The notes: generated by a model from the letters alone, not told the origin. A DNA stretch of 64,000 nt from an uncultured Clostridia bacterium (GCA_934757865.1 CAKVLS010000004.1:15981-79980); one strand, 5' to 3'; counted from the first letter of the stretch, positions 19,499-29,445 are shown. Numbers and translations are program-made.

Positions 19499-20771
19499 AT
19501 TTTTCGCCTCTTTCTATATAATTTTTGAATTCGTCATGGCTAGCACTTGCTGGGGACAAAAGCACAATATCTCCGTCCTTTGCCATAGATTTTGCTAGCT
19601 CTACCGCATCAAAAAGTTTGTCAGCTACTGCATAGTTATCAAAATTGTTTCGCTTGCAAGCATCTTGAATTTTATCTTTTACCGCCCCAAAAATTATTAG
19701 TTTTTTTACATTGAGATTTTGTATTAACTCATCATACTCATAGCCCTTGTCACTGCCACCAGCAAGAAGTATAGTGCTACCCTTTACACTTTTTAGAGCG
19801 ACAAGTGTAGCGGAAATATTAGTTGCTTTGCTATCGTCTATGTATGTTACATTATCAATTTTGGCTATCTCTTCTAGCCTATGCTCTAAGCCTCTAAAAG
19901 CTGATATCTGCTGTCTTATTCTCTTAATAGATACGCCAGCAAGCCTTGCCATAGTGATGCATAGTAGGACATTGGCAAGGTTGTGCTCGCCGTACAATTT
20001 GATATCCTTTGTATCCATAACATACACGGGTCTAAAACGCTTAACAAAATATATTTTACCGTCTTTTACATAAGCGCCTTTGCACTCGTCATGCAAAGAA
20101 AAAGCGTAAACTTTTGCTTTTGTTTCAAGCGCTAAATGCATAGAAATAGGGTCTTCGCTATTGAGTACTAAGTAGTCTTTTGGTCCCATATTTTTTGCTA
20201 TATTATATTTTGCTTTTATATAGTTTTCTTTTGTTTTATGATAATCTAAGTGGTCACTATCTATGTATGTAATTCCCGCAATATGCGGTCTAAATTTTTC
20301 AATAGTCATAAGCTGAAAACTACTAACTTCTGCAACTAATTTTCTATCTTTTGTATGCCCAGTTATTGGCTCGCCTATATTTCCAACAGTTTTTGAGCCT
20401 TTGATTATAGAGCCTAGAAGCGTTACTGCCGTTGTCTTACCATTTGTGCCGGTAATAGCCAAAAGCTCTCCTCGGCAAAATGACGCCCCAAGTTCGAGCT
20501 CTCCAATTACCTTTATGCCCATTTTATATATTTTTTGCATAATTTCGCTGTCAAGCCTTACTGCCGGACTTACGACACAGACATCTATTTTTTTTAGTAT
20601 TTCAGTGTTTAGTTTTTTGACAAAAGTTACCTTCCCAAAAGTCTTATTGTTTTGAGCATTTTGGTACTTTTTATTATCGCTGTCGTACACAAAAACATTT
20701 TGTTTTTTGCTTATAAGTAAACTCGCTGCACTGATACCGCTCTTTTCAAACCCTATAATCAAATAGTTCAT
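19470..20771 (-). CDS. murD: UDP-N-acetylmuramoylalanine--D-glutamate ligase MurD
   Basis: Mur ligase P-loop ITGTNGKTT. Position matches mraY-murD-ftsW synteny. Confidence 0.9.
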   Translation of the reverse strand: MNYLIIGFEKSGISAASLLISKKQNVFVYDSDNKKYQNAQNNKTFGKVTFVKKLNTEILKKIDVCVVSPAVRLDSEIMQKIYKMGIKVIGELELGASFCRGELLAITGTNGKTTAVTLLGSIIKGSKTVGNIGEPITGHTKDRKLVAEVSSFQLMTIEKFRPHIAGITYIDSDHLDYHKTKENYIKAKYNIAKNMGPKDYLVLNSEDPISMHLALETKAKVYAFSLHDECKGAYVKDGKIYFVKRFRPVYVMDTKDIKLYGEHNLANVLLCITMARLAGVSIKRIRQQISAFRGLEHRLEEIAKIDNVTYIDDSKATNISATLVALKSVKGSTILLAGGSDKGYEYDELIQNLNVKKLIIFGAVKDKIQDACKRNNFDNYAVADKLFDAVELAKSMAKDGDIVLLSPASASHDEFKNYIERGEKFEEYVLFRG

Positions 20772-20774
20772 AAA

Positions 20775-21767
20775 TTATCCCCTAATTACTATAGTTAGCA
20801 AAATGCTAAGCACGCTCAGCATTGCCGTTATAATAATATATATGGTGACAATTTTTGTTTCATACATACCTTTTTTCTCAAAGTGGTGATGAAGTGGTGC
20901 CATAAGAAAAACTCTTTTGTGAGTTCTCTTAAAATGCAAAACTTGAATAATAACTGACACTGTCGACATGACAAACATAAATCCAATAATTGGTATATAG
21001 AGGTCAAGTCCCGTAAAGCAAGCAGCGGTCGCAACTACACTACCAATAGCAAGCGAGCCTGTATCTCCCATAAATATGCTAGCTGGGTGACTATTAAAAA
21101 TCAAGAACCCCATTAGTCCCCCGACTACCGAAAAGACAAATATAAGAAGATTCTTTTGCTCTATCATAGCTAGGTTGTCAAGCCCCGGAAGATAAATAAG
21201 TGTGATGATAGCAAGACCTATTAAATACACAACACTAACGCTACCCGCTAGCCCATCAAGTCCGTCAGTTAAGTTGACGCTATTGGTAGTAGCAATAAAT
21301 ATAAAGATAATAAATGGAATAATAAATATACCAAGGTCAAGCTTTGCATCTGAAAAAGGCACTATTATACTCGTACCTATGCTAGAGTTTTTGTAAACAA
21401 AAACGCCTATTATTATACTAATAGCTAGTTGGCCGATTACTTTTTGATAGGCTTTTAGTCCTAAGTTTCGCTTGCATTTTATCTTGATAAAGTCGTCCAA
21501 AAATCCCAGCACCCCAAAGGCGAAAAATACAGCTATCGCCATAAGTGCCACCGAAAAGCTCTCCCTCATAAGGCAAAAACTAGCTATAATTGATGATAGT
21601 ATAAATATTATGCCGCCCATTGTGGGAGTGCCTTGTTTGGACTTGTGCGACTCTACATAACTTAGAATATTTTGCCCAAACTTTAATCTTTTGGTCCACT
21701 TAATAACTAGCGGAGATAAGATAAGCGCCACAAAAAAAGATATTAAAATAGCTAAAAAATACTCCAC
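20775..21767 (-). CDS. mraY: phospho-N-acetylmuramoyl-pentapeptide transferase MraY
   Basis: Polytopic protein with DDFIKI, NLTDGLDGLA and FMGDTGSLA segments. Confidence 0.93.
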   Translation of the reverse strand: MEYFLAILISFFVALILSPLVIKWTKRLKFGQNILSYVESHKSKQGTPTMGGIIFILSSIIASFCLMRESFSVALMAIAVFFAFGVLGFLDDFIKIKCKRNLGLKAYQKVIGQLAISIIIGVFVYKNSSIGTSIIVPFSDAKLDLGIFIIPFIIFIFIATTNSVNLTDGLDGLAGSVSVVYLIGLAIITLIYLPGLDNLAMIEQKNLLIFVFSVVGGLMGFLIFNSHPASIFMGDTGSLAIGSVVATAACFTGLDLYIPIIGFMFVMSTVSVIIQVLHFKRTHKRVFLMAPLHHHFEKKGMYETKIVTIYIIITAMLSVLSILLTIVIRG

Positions 21768-21770
21768 TTT

Positions 21771-23210
21771 TTACTCCTTTTGATGCTTTTTCTTGGTTTT
21801 TAGGTCGTTTACCACCTCAAAATCGCTAAAATGATACTTTACTCCGTCTATTTCTTGGTAGTCCTCAGCACCTTTTCCTAGCACCAAAATACAAGAACCT
21901 TTTGGGCTTGTTGTTATTCCTGTAATTATTGCCTGAGTTCTATTTTCTATAACAAGAGCTTCTGGGCAGCCTTCTTTTATCTCGTCAATGATAGCGTATG
22001 GATTTTCAAATCTAGGGTTGTCGCTCGTGATAATTACTTTGTTACTATACTTTTTGGCTATCTCGCCCATAACCTTTCGCTTGCCCTTATCTCTATTTCC
22101 GCCACATCCAAAAATAGTCGTGATATACCCTTTGCTAAGAGCTTTTGCTGTTCGCAAGACATTTTCTACTCCGTCTGGCGTATGGGCAAAGTCTATTATG
22201 ACATTTTTGTCCCCAACAGTTATTAGGTTAAATCTGCCAGCGACATTTTCTATTGTATATAAGCCTGCTACTATCTGGTCACTTGTTATGCCGATAAGCT
22301 TAGCTCCTAGTATAGCTGCTAGCGAGTTATAAATATTAAACTTACCTGCAAGCGAGATCTGCACCTCCAAAATATCGTCAAAAAGATTAACAACAAACTT
22401 AGACCCCGAAAGGCTCATCTTGGTATTGATAGCAAAAACATCACTTGGATTTATAAGTCCATAAGTGTATTTAGTAACTTGACATTTTTCAAAAAACTCT
22501 CTTCCAACCTCGTCATCTGCATTAAAAATACATTTTTTGCAATAATCTTCTAAAAAGAACTTCGCCTTAGTCTCCTTGTACCTCTCCATTGTCTCAAAAT
22601 AATCTAAGTGGTCACGAGTAAAATTGGTAAATATTCCTAGCTCAAATTTAACGCCATACACCTTGTATAAGTCAAGAGCATGAGCCGAAACTTCCATCAC
22701 GACATATTGAACGCCAGCATTTTTCATCTTGCTAAAAACTTCAAAAAGCTCTTGTGGGTCAGGTGTTGTAAGAGTCGCCCTAAAAAAAACTTTGTTAATC
22801 TCTATACCATTAGTGCCGATGATACCAACACTTTTGCCTGCCGTTTCTAAGATATTTTTTAGCATATACGAAGTCGTAGTCTTGCCGTTTGTACCAGTTA
22901 TGCCGATAATTTTTAGGTCCTTGTCCGGATTACCAAAAAAGTTACTGCAAATTTTGGCAATATTTTTTCGCACATTTTGAAGTCTTACCTGAGTTACTTT
23001 GTACGGCAAAAACTCCTCAACGACAAGTGCCACAGCGCCATTGCATATAGCTTCTTTTGCATAACTTTCGCCGTCCTTGTCTACGCCCTTGTAACAAAAG
23101 AACAACCCATTTTGTACTTCATTTTGAGAGTTCTTTTGGAGGCTCAAAATATCTACATCTTCGCCTCTAAGCTCATAATCTATACCTTTTAGCAAACTTG
23201 TTATATTCAT
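21771..23210 (-). CDS. murE: UDP-MurNAc-L-Ala-D-Glu--2,6-diaminopimelate ligase MurE
   Basis: GITGTNGKTTT P-loop and the DNPR motif (TSDNPRFENP) associated with meso-DAP-adding MurE. Start trimmed to the ATG at 23210, which follows AGGAGA. Confidence 0.9.
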   Translation of the reverse strand: MNITSLLKGIDYELRGEDVDILSLQKNSQNEVQNGLFFCYKGVDKDGESYAKEAICNGAVALVVEEFLPYKVTQVRLQNVRKNIAKICSNFFGNPDKDLKIIGITGTNGKTTTSYMLKNILETAGKSVGIIGTNGIEINKVFFRATLTTPDPQELFEVFSKMKNAGVQYVVMEVSAHALDLYKVYGVKFELGIFTNFTRDHLDYFETMERYKETKAKFFLEDYCKKCIFNADDEVGREFFEKCQVTKYTYGLINPSDVFAINTKMSLSGSKFVVNLFDDILEVQISLAGKFNIYNSLAAILGAKLIGITSDQIVAGLYTIENVAGRFNLITVGDKNVIIDFAHTPDGVENVLRTAKALSKGYITTIFGCGGNRDKGKRKVMGEIAKKYSNKVIITSDNPRFENPYAIIDEIKEGCPEALVIENRTQAIITGITTSPKGSCILVLGKGAEDYQEIDGVKYHFSDFEVVNDLKTKKKHQKE

Positions 23211-23316
23211 ATATTTATCTCCTTTTTTTTGCTCTATAATATAGCTTTTTGAGGCGAATAATTTGTCAAAAATAAAAAAAGACAATATCATCTAAATATT
23301 GTCTTAATTTTTTGAG

Positions 23317-25215
23317 TTAATTTGTCGTAATTACTATTGTTTGTCCGCTGGATATTTTTGTACCACCGCTAGGGTACTGGCTAATAAGCACTTCGCCCTC
23401 GCCTGCTATCTCATAATTGATGCCATACTTTTCTATAATGCTTATTGCGCTCGCTAGTGGCTGTCCTACAACATCTGGAACTATGACAAAACTTTCTGTC
23501 TTTTCAAAATCCTTAGGGATATTTTTGTAAGCAAAAAGCCCTTCAAAAATCTGTTTACCATACGGGCTTGCAACAACACTACCATAGTAAGCTCCGCTAC
23601 TTGGCTCGTTAACACATACAAGTAGTGCGTACTCTGGGTCACTCGCTGGATACATACCAAAGAAACTTGATACATATTTGCCTCTTGCGATAGTCCCATT
23701 TTCGTACTTTTGGGCAGTTCCTGTCTTGCCGCCTATATCGTAACCTGTAACAAAAGTCCCTTCGCCTTTTTTGAGTGACAAAACACCTTTTAATAGTTCA
23801 TTGACTTGTTTTGAAACAGCAGGTGATACAGTTGTACTCTTTTTGGTTATTCCGCTTGTTTTTACAACCTTATTGCCGTTATATACTGCTTTTAGGATAT
23901 GTGGAGTAACAAGAGTGCCGCCGTTGATAATGCTACAAAAAGCCGTAAGTAATTGGAGCTGGCTAACAGCTACCGCCTGACCAAAGCTTATACGGGCAAG
24001 GTCGACAGTTTTAACAAGCGATTTGTCCATAAGTATGCCGCTACTCTCGCCCAAGATATCAACGCCAGTTTTTTCGCCTATGCCAAATTGTTTTAGATAT
24101 TTGTACAACTTTTCTTTGCCTAGCCTTAGCCCCAAGTCCATAAAGACACAGTTACAAGAGTTGCAAATCCCCTCTGCAAGATTTTGACTACCATGTCCTA
24201 TACTTCGCCAGCATTTGATTCTTTGACCATCGACTATTCTATACCCAGGACAATAAAATCTATCATTAAAACTAGTTAGCCCCTCCGAAAGTGCCGCCGC
24301 CACTGTCAAAATCTTAAAAGTAGAACCTGGCTCATAAACATCAACGACAGATTTATTTTTTGTAAGCTCCATAAGAGTTTTTACATCTTCTCTAGGTGGG
24401 GTGTTATTATCATATGACGGAGTCATTCCCATACCTAAGATTTCGCCAGTCTTTGCATTTAGCATAACAATAGATGCTGACTTTGGATTATGAGTTTGAG
24501 TGATATCATATAGAGCCTTCTCGATTATTGCTTGGATCTTACTATCAATTGTTAGCATAAGATTGAGCCCGTCAACAGCTGGCACATAATAATCTATGCC
24601 TTCTATCTCTACCCCTGACGCATCACCTTGAGATAGCACCCTGCCATTGACGCCTTTTAGGAGTTCATTATAATAAGCCTCTACACCCGCCTGACCTATA
24701 TTATCTATAGTAGTAAGTCCTAAGACTTGTGTCAAAAACTGCCCATAAGGATAATATCTAGAAATATTTTGGCTAAGCACAACACCGCTCAAATTTTTGT
24801 CAATTATCTTACTTGCGGTCTCTTCATCAACTGATAGTTTGATTAAACTTTCGGATATAGACTTATTTTTTGCTTTATCAAAGACCTTTTGCCTATCTAT
24901 GCCCAAAATACTAGATAATGTGTCCGCAACTTCGTCAGCATTTTTAACATTTTTTGCCCTAACATAGATATCATAAGTTGTATAACTTGTAGCTAAGTAG
25001 TCGCCCGTCCTATCAAGTATATCTCCACGGCGGGCAGACAGTGGCAGCGTTCTTACCCACTGTGGAACGGCTTTTACTATAAGACTATCTTGTTTGAGCC
25101 CCTGAAGATAAAAGACTCTAATGATAAGTGCACAAAAAATAAAGGCTATCAGTATTAACAATACTAATAACCTCTTTTGTAAAGATAAAATTGAATATTT
25201 AATTTTAAGCTTCAA
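23317..25215 (-). CDS. class B penicillin-binding protein (FtsI/PBP2B/SpoVD family) with a C-terminal PASTA domain
   Basis: N-terminal TM helix. Transpeptidase motifs STFK, SCN and KTGTA, then a PASTA-like C-terminal 60 aa. Confidence 0.9.
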   Translation of the reverse strand: MKLKIKYSILSLQKRLLVLLILIAFIFCALIIRVFYLQGLKQDSLIVKAVPQWVRTLPLSARRGDILDRTGDYLATSYTTYDIYVRAKNVKNADEVADTLSSILGIDRQKVFDKAKNKSISESLIKLSVDEETASKIIDKNLSGVVLSQNISRYYPYGQFLTQVLGLTTIDNIGQAGVEAYYNELLKGVNGRVLSQGDASGVEIEGIDYYVPAVDGLNLMLTIDSKIQAIIEKALYDITQTHNPKSASIVMLNAKTGEILGMGMTPSYDNNTPPREDVKTLMELTKNKSVVDVYEPGSTFKILTVAAALSEGLTSFNDRFYCPGYRIVDGQRIKCWRSIGHGSQNLAEGICNSCNCVFMDLGLRLGKEKLYKYLKQFGIGEKTGVDILGESSGILMDKSLVKTVDLARISFGQAVAVSQLQLLTAFCSIINGGTLVTPHILKAVYNGNKVVKTSGITKKSTTVSPAVSKQVNELLKGVLSLKKGEGTFVTGYDIGGKTGTAQKYENGTIARGKYVSSFFGMYPASDPEYALLVCVNEPSSGAYYGSVVASPYGKQIFEGLFAYKNIPKDFEKTESFVIVPDVVGQPLASAISIIEKYGINYEIAGEGEVLISQYPSGGTKISSGQTIVITTN

Positions 25216-25218
25216 GCT

Positions 25219-25830
25219 TTAGCCTCCAAAAATGCTAGAGAAGAAGTTGCACACTTTATCAAACCAATTTGTTTCGCTTGGTATCTCTTCAATTATTTGT
25301 CTAGGTATAAGCTCGATATCTTGATACTCGCCTTCTGCCATGTCAAGACCGCCAGCATTTAAGCCTTCTTTTATTCCGTCTAGTTGACCTTTTATAGCAG
25401 CATTTTCTTCTTCAAGAGTTACTACTATTTGAGAGTTTGTGCCCACTTCTGCTCTGTATCTATTAATAAGTACAGCATTATATATTAAAAGTATGCTAAG
25501 AAGTAGCACAATAGACGCAAATACTCCAATTATTAGTTTTCCTCTAAGATTGATAGAAACAACTTGTGAAGGTGTTTCTTCTACATCCTCTTTTAGTCTA
25601 ATAGTTGGGAAAAATTCGTTATCTACTTTTGTTATAGTCTCGGTGCTTGTGATAGGCTCAGCAAGCATCTCGCTTTTCATCTTTTCATAATTTTCTGCGA
25701 TGTCGTCTTCGTAGGTGGTATCAAAATGGTTCAGTTCGCTTTTTGCAATAGAAGATAAATCTTGCACCTTGCTCAAATTGATGTCATCTATATCCGTTGT
25801 TTGATCGGTTATTAGTTTTGCACTACTCAT
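25219..25830 (-). CDS. FtsL-like bitopic protein with a long acidic N-terminal extension
   Basis: Single TM helix (LIIGVFASIVLLLSILLIYNAVLI) followed by a coiled-coil-like segment. Occupies the ftsL slot between rsmH and the PBP gene. Confidence 0.45.
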   Translation of the reverse strand: MSSAKLITDQTTDIDDINLSKVQDLSSIAKSELNHFDTTYEDDIAENYEKMKSEMLAEPITSTETITKVDNEFFPTIRLKEDVEETPSQVVSINLRGKLIIGVFASIVLLLSILLIYNAVLINRYRAEVGTNSQIVVTLEEENAAIKGQLDGIKEGLNAGGLDMAEGEYQDIELIPRQIIEEIPSETNWFDKVCNFFSSIFGG

Positions 25831-25847
25831 TTTGAAACCTCCTTAAT

Positions 25848-26783
25848 CTATAACTTCTCTACAATACGAAGCTTAGCGCTAGTTGACCTAGAATTTACTT
25901 TTAGTTCACTCTCGCTTGCTACGATTGGTTTTTTGTTTATTAGTTTAACAACCTCTTTGTGATGACAAACACAAATTGGAAGTTCTTTTGGGCATATACA
26001 ACCTGTTGACTCATCTTTGAAAACAGTTTTTACTATTCTATCTTCTAGTGAGTGGAAAGTAAGAACAACAAGCCTGCCACCTTTATTCAAACTAAAAATC
26101 ATTTCTTTGAGTGCTCTATCTAGGTCTGCTAGCTCGCCGTTAACCTCAATTCTTATCGCTTGAAAGGTCTTTTTGGCTACGCTACCGCCTTTGTGTAGCA
26201 CCTTTGAAGGAACGCTACTTTCGATAATTTTTACAAGCTCTCCAGTAGTTTCTATATTTTTAGTTTCTCTTGTCTTTATAATGTTTCTTGCGATAGATTT
26301 TGCAAAGTCCTCTTCGCCATACTCAAAAAGTATTTTGATAAGCTCTTCATATGAGTAGCTATTAACTACTTCATACGCAGATAAACTTTGGCTCTTGTCC
26401 ATACGCATGTCTAGTGGAGCATCAAATCTATAACTGAATCCTCTCTCGGCGTTGTCTATCTGATATGATGACACCCCAAGGTCTATTAACACTCCGTCTA
26501 CTTTTTCAATACCATTTTCGGCTAGTATTGATTTATAATTTTTGAAATCCTCATTTACAAAAATTATCTTTGGCTTCTTATCTTTTAATCTCTCTTTTCC
26601 TACCTGTATTGCCTCAATATCTTTGTCAATACAAATAAGTGTTCCTTCACTTGAAAGTTTGTCCGCTATAACGCTGCTATGTCCTGCCCCACCCATGGTG
26701 CAATCTACATAAGTGCCGTTTGGCTTAATATTAAGTCCATCAATACACTCATTTAGCATAACTGGTATATGACTAAATTCCAT
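25848..26783 (-). CDS. rsmH: 16S rRNA (cytosine1402-N4)-methyltransferase RsmH/MraW
   Basis: HIPVMLNE and GGAGHS motifs. mraZ-rsmH synteny. Confidence 0.95.
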   Translation of the reverse strand: MEFSHIPVMLNECIDGLNIKPNGTYVDCTMGGAGHSSVIADKLSSEGTLICIDKDIEAIQVGKERLKDKKPKIIFVNEDFKNYKSILAENGIEKVDGVLIDLGVSSYQIDNAERGFSYRFDAPLDMRMDKSQSLSAYEVVNSYSYEELIKILFEYGEEDFAKSIARNIIKTRETKNIETTGELVKIIESSVPSKVLHKGGSVAKKTFQAIRIEVNGELADLDRALKEMIFSLNKGGRLVVLTFHSLEDRIVKTVFKDESTGCICPKELPICVCHHKEVVKLINKKPIVASESELKVNSRSTSAKLRIVEKL

Positions 26784-27201
26784 ACTCGCCTAGCTCACTC
26801 AAAACTTCATCAAAGTTTCCAGCATTTTCGTTATACTTATTCCATCTCTCTCTAGACCATAGCTCAGCACGGTTGCCTACGCCGATAAATACAACATCTT
26901 TTGTAATTCCAGCAAACTCTCTAAGGCTAGCTGGCAACAAAAATCTGCCTTGATTGTCCTCTTCTACCTCAAAAGCCGAAGATAGAAGTAGTCTCAAAGG
27001 TCTTTGGGCTTTGGAATCAAAAATAGGTAGACTATCAAGTCTCTCTTCTAGCGCATCAAATTGCTTACGAGAGAACACGAACAAACAACCATCGCTGCCC
27101 TTTGTTATGAAACAGCCATCGCTAAACTCTTTTTTAAGCTTAGCAGGTAGTCTTAGTCTAAACTTTTGGTCACACTGATGAAAGTACTCGCCGTTTAACA
27201 T
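26773..27201 (-). CDS. mraZ: transcriptional regulator MraZ
   Basis: Two DxxxR repeats (DQKFRLRLPAKL, DNQGRFLLPASL). Start trimmed to the ATG at 27201, 7 nt after AAGGAGG. Confidence 0.9.
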   Translation of the reverse strand: MLNGEYFHQCDQKFRLRLPAKLKKEFSDGCFITKGSDGCLFVFSRKQFDALEERLDSLPIFDSKAQRPLRLLLSSAFEVEEDNQGRFLLPASLREFAGITKDVVFIGVGNRAELWSRERWNKYNENAGNFDEVLSELGEYGI

Positions 27202-27253
27202 AGTCATACCTCCTTTTCCAAAAATCATCAAAGATAGTCCTTTAATTGACTAT

Positions 27254-27300
27254 ATTATACAACACTTTTTAACCACTTCCAACCACTTTTGACCACTTTT
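27254..27300 (-). promoter_or_regulatory. P_mra promoter overlapped by a phased MraZ-box array
   Basis: Minus strand reads TTGGAA (27282-27277), 17 nt, TATAAT (27259-27254). Four direct 10-bp-phased repeats run across it: AAAAGTGGTC, AAAAGTGGTT, GGAAGTGGTT and AAAAAGTGTT (27300 down to 27261). Confidence 0.65.
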
Positions 27301-27561
27301 CAAAAAAATTTTTACTTTTTTGAAACTTTTTTGACCCAAAATATCAAAATTTTGGCAAACAAGTTATGTAAAAATAACTAACTTGTACATAATATAAAAC
27401 ATTATAATAAGACAAATACCGACAAATATAGAGAAAAAATATGGAGCAAAATAGCCTGCTACACTAACAGACTTACCAAATACCTCTACTCTATATATGT
27501 AAAACATCTCATATGCACAAATATGCAAATAAAAAAGCCACTAAATGAATTTAGCTCAAAC

Positions 27562-27598
27562 AAAAAAAATCAAATCGCTTTAAGCAATTTGATTTTTT
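27562..27598 (-). terminator. terminator after the 293-aa gene
   Basis: Stem AATCAAAT (27568-27575) / ATTTGATT (27587-27594). It overlaps the stop codon and is followed by a U-run on the minus strand. Confidence 0.6.
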
Positions 27599-28461
27599 AT
27601 TTCATTTAATAAGTGTTCTATATCTTTGTAGTCATTGTATAAATAAGTTTTAACAACATTATTTTGTTTGTTCCATACTTTTACAGAATTATTTAAGAAT
27701 ACCATTTCTAAATTTTCAGCATCACTATCAGCAAAAACCAAATAAGCATCTTTTATTTTAATGAATCCACAATTCTCAAAAGGACCAAACTGAGATAAGC
27801 CATCTTCATAAAGACTTTCATTATAGTATTTTGCAATACCTTTATAAAAAACAGACTTTGTTATACTTTTATCAAATGAATAAACATTTTTAATTTTCTT
27901 CGCTCTTTGAACATCTGCAATAGTAAAACATACTAAAATAAATATAATTAATACCCCAATAAATATTGAACTTATTATTATATTGTTAGTTTTATCAAAA
28001 GTTATAACTGTTAAGGAACAAACAAAATAAACTAAAGATAATACCAAGCAAATAAAAGGAATAAATAAAATTTTAAGCCACGCTTTTCTATTTGCTTTCA
28101 ATTCTTCATAGGTAGATAACTCTTTATGCTTACAATTAAAAACAATACTTTTTTCAAAAGGTGGTATTGTGTATTCTTTTGGAGAGATACAATCTAACGC
28201 AATAATTTCGGTATTATTCCAAATCTCTTTGAGTGATTTTCCATCAAATATTTTAGCATTAACAAAATCGTCTAATGAAGAAAATTCACAACTTAAATTA
28301 TCTTCTTCACTTCCAAACCAATATACCAATTCATTATCATTATGAGGATTTTGAGTTACTCCAAACCATACATATTGAAATTTTTTAGAGTTTTTTAATC
28401 TAAAAGCAGACTCTGAAAACCCATATTTTTCAAATATCTCATAAAACCTTTCAAATTCCAT
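27580..28461 (-). CDS. hypothetical two-TM protein with cytoplasmic N- and C-terminal domains
   Basis: Long ORF that looks more AT-rich than its neighbours by eye. Central hydrophobic pair (LKILFIPFICLVLSLVYFVCSL and IISSIFIGVLIIFILVCFTI). I recognise no motif. Confidence 0.5.
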   Translation of the reverse strand: MEFERFYEIFEKYGFSESAFRLKNSKKFQYVWFGVTQNPHNDNELVYWFGSEEDNLSCEFSSLDDFVNAKIFDGKSLKEIWNNTEIIALDCISPKEYTIPPFEKSIVFNCKHKELSTYEELKANRKAWLKILFIPFICLVLSLVYFVCSLTVITFDKTNNIIISSIFIGVLIIFILVCFTIADVQRAKKIKNVYSFDKSITKSVFYKGIAKYYNESLYEDGLSQFGPFENCGFIKIKDAYLVFADSDAENLEMVFLNNSVKVWNKQNNVVKTYLYNDYKDIEHLLNEIKNQIA

Positions 28462-28470
28462 AAAGCCCCC

Positions 28471-29445
28471 TTAGTCTTTTTCTAGACTTGTTACAAATTT
28501 TGCTATTTCGTTACATGCCTTACGAGATTCTGGAGTGGTATCGCCCATAACTACATATGCATGGAAACACTTTTTATCTGTGTATAGCTTGCATTTGATA
28601 TTTTTAGTTTTTGCCTTGTAATATGCTAGTGCTGTATCTTCATAAAGTATTTCGTCTGAACATACGCAGAACATAAGTGGTGGCAAACCATCAAAGTTAA
28701 GAAGTACTGGAGATACATACCCTTCTTCGCATAGTGGATTAGGTATCTCGCAATAGTCGCCCTTGATATAGCTCATAGCCATAAGGTCTAAGATTTCTTT
28801 AGTTAGACAAACATCAGTCGCTTTGTTAATCTCATAGCTTGGGGTATCGTTTCTAAGATTTAGGTATGGAGATAACATTATTCCGCAGCTAGGTAGTGGC
28901 AAATTATTATCTCTTAAGTACATAAGTAGCGCCAAAACAAAGTTGCCTCCCGCAGACTCTCCAGTAACTATAATATCATCTGGGGCATACTGCTCCAAAA
29001 GTCCTTTGTACACAGAAACAATCTCGTTAAGTGCTGTAGGATAAATGCACTCTGGAGATAAAGAGTAATCAACAGCTATAGCCTTACATCCAAGACGCTT
29101 CATCATGGCCTTCATATAAAAAGTGCCATGTAGTGGGAAGCCTCTACAAAAGCCACCGCCGTGGATATATAATAAAATTTTATTTTCGTTTGGCTTAGTT
29201 TTTTTGTAATACTTTTTCTTAGGGTTAACTTCTAGTTTATGGCATTTGACTCCGCCTATCTCTACTATCTCGTGATATGTTCCGCCAAGGACTAGCCTCT
29301 CAAGAAACTCATTAACTTCTCTAAAAAAGTCTTTATTTACAACAACAGATTTTAGGTCTTGGTCGCCTTTCTTTGCTACGGCGTTGATGTCGCTTTTCTT
29401 TGAAAGCTTCATAGACTTTCTAAGCAGTCTCATTCTTACACTCAT
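28471..29445 (-). CDS. alpha/beta hydrolase, hormone-sensitive-lipase-like esterase
   Basis: Oxyanion motif HGGGF and nucleophile elbow GESAGG. Start trimmed to the ATG at 29445 (MSVRMRLL...). Confidence 0.8.
   Translation of the reverse strand: MSVRMRLLRKSMKLSKKSDINAVAKKGDQDLKSVVVNKDFFREVNEFLERLVLGGTYHEIVEIGGVKCHKLEVNPKKKYYKKTKPNENKILLYIHGGGFCRGFPLHGTFYMKAMMKRLGCKAIAVDYSLSPECIYPTALNEIVSVYKGLLEQYAPDDIIVTGESAGGNFVLALLMYLRDNNLPLPSCGIMLSPYLNLRNDTPSYEINKATDVCLTKEILDLMAMSYIKGDYCEIPNPLCEEGYVSPVLLNFDGLPPLMFCVCSDEILYEDTALAYYKAKTKNIKCKLYTDKKCFHAYVVMGDTTPESRKACNEIAKFVTSLEKD

Noticed and set aside
27359-27386. Inverted repeat ACAAGTTA-12 nt-TAACTTGT upstream of P_mra
   Set aside because: It is AT-rich with no adjacent U-run on either strand, so it is not a terminator. 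I recognise no known operator consensus, and this is too weak to call.
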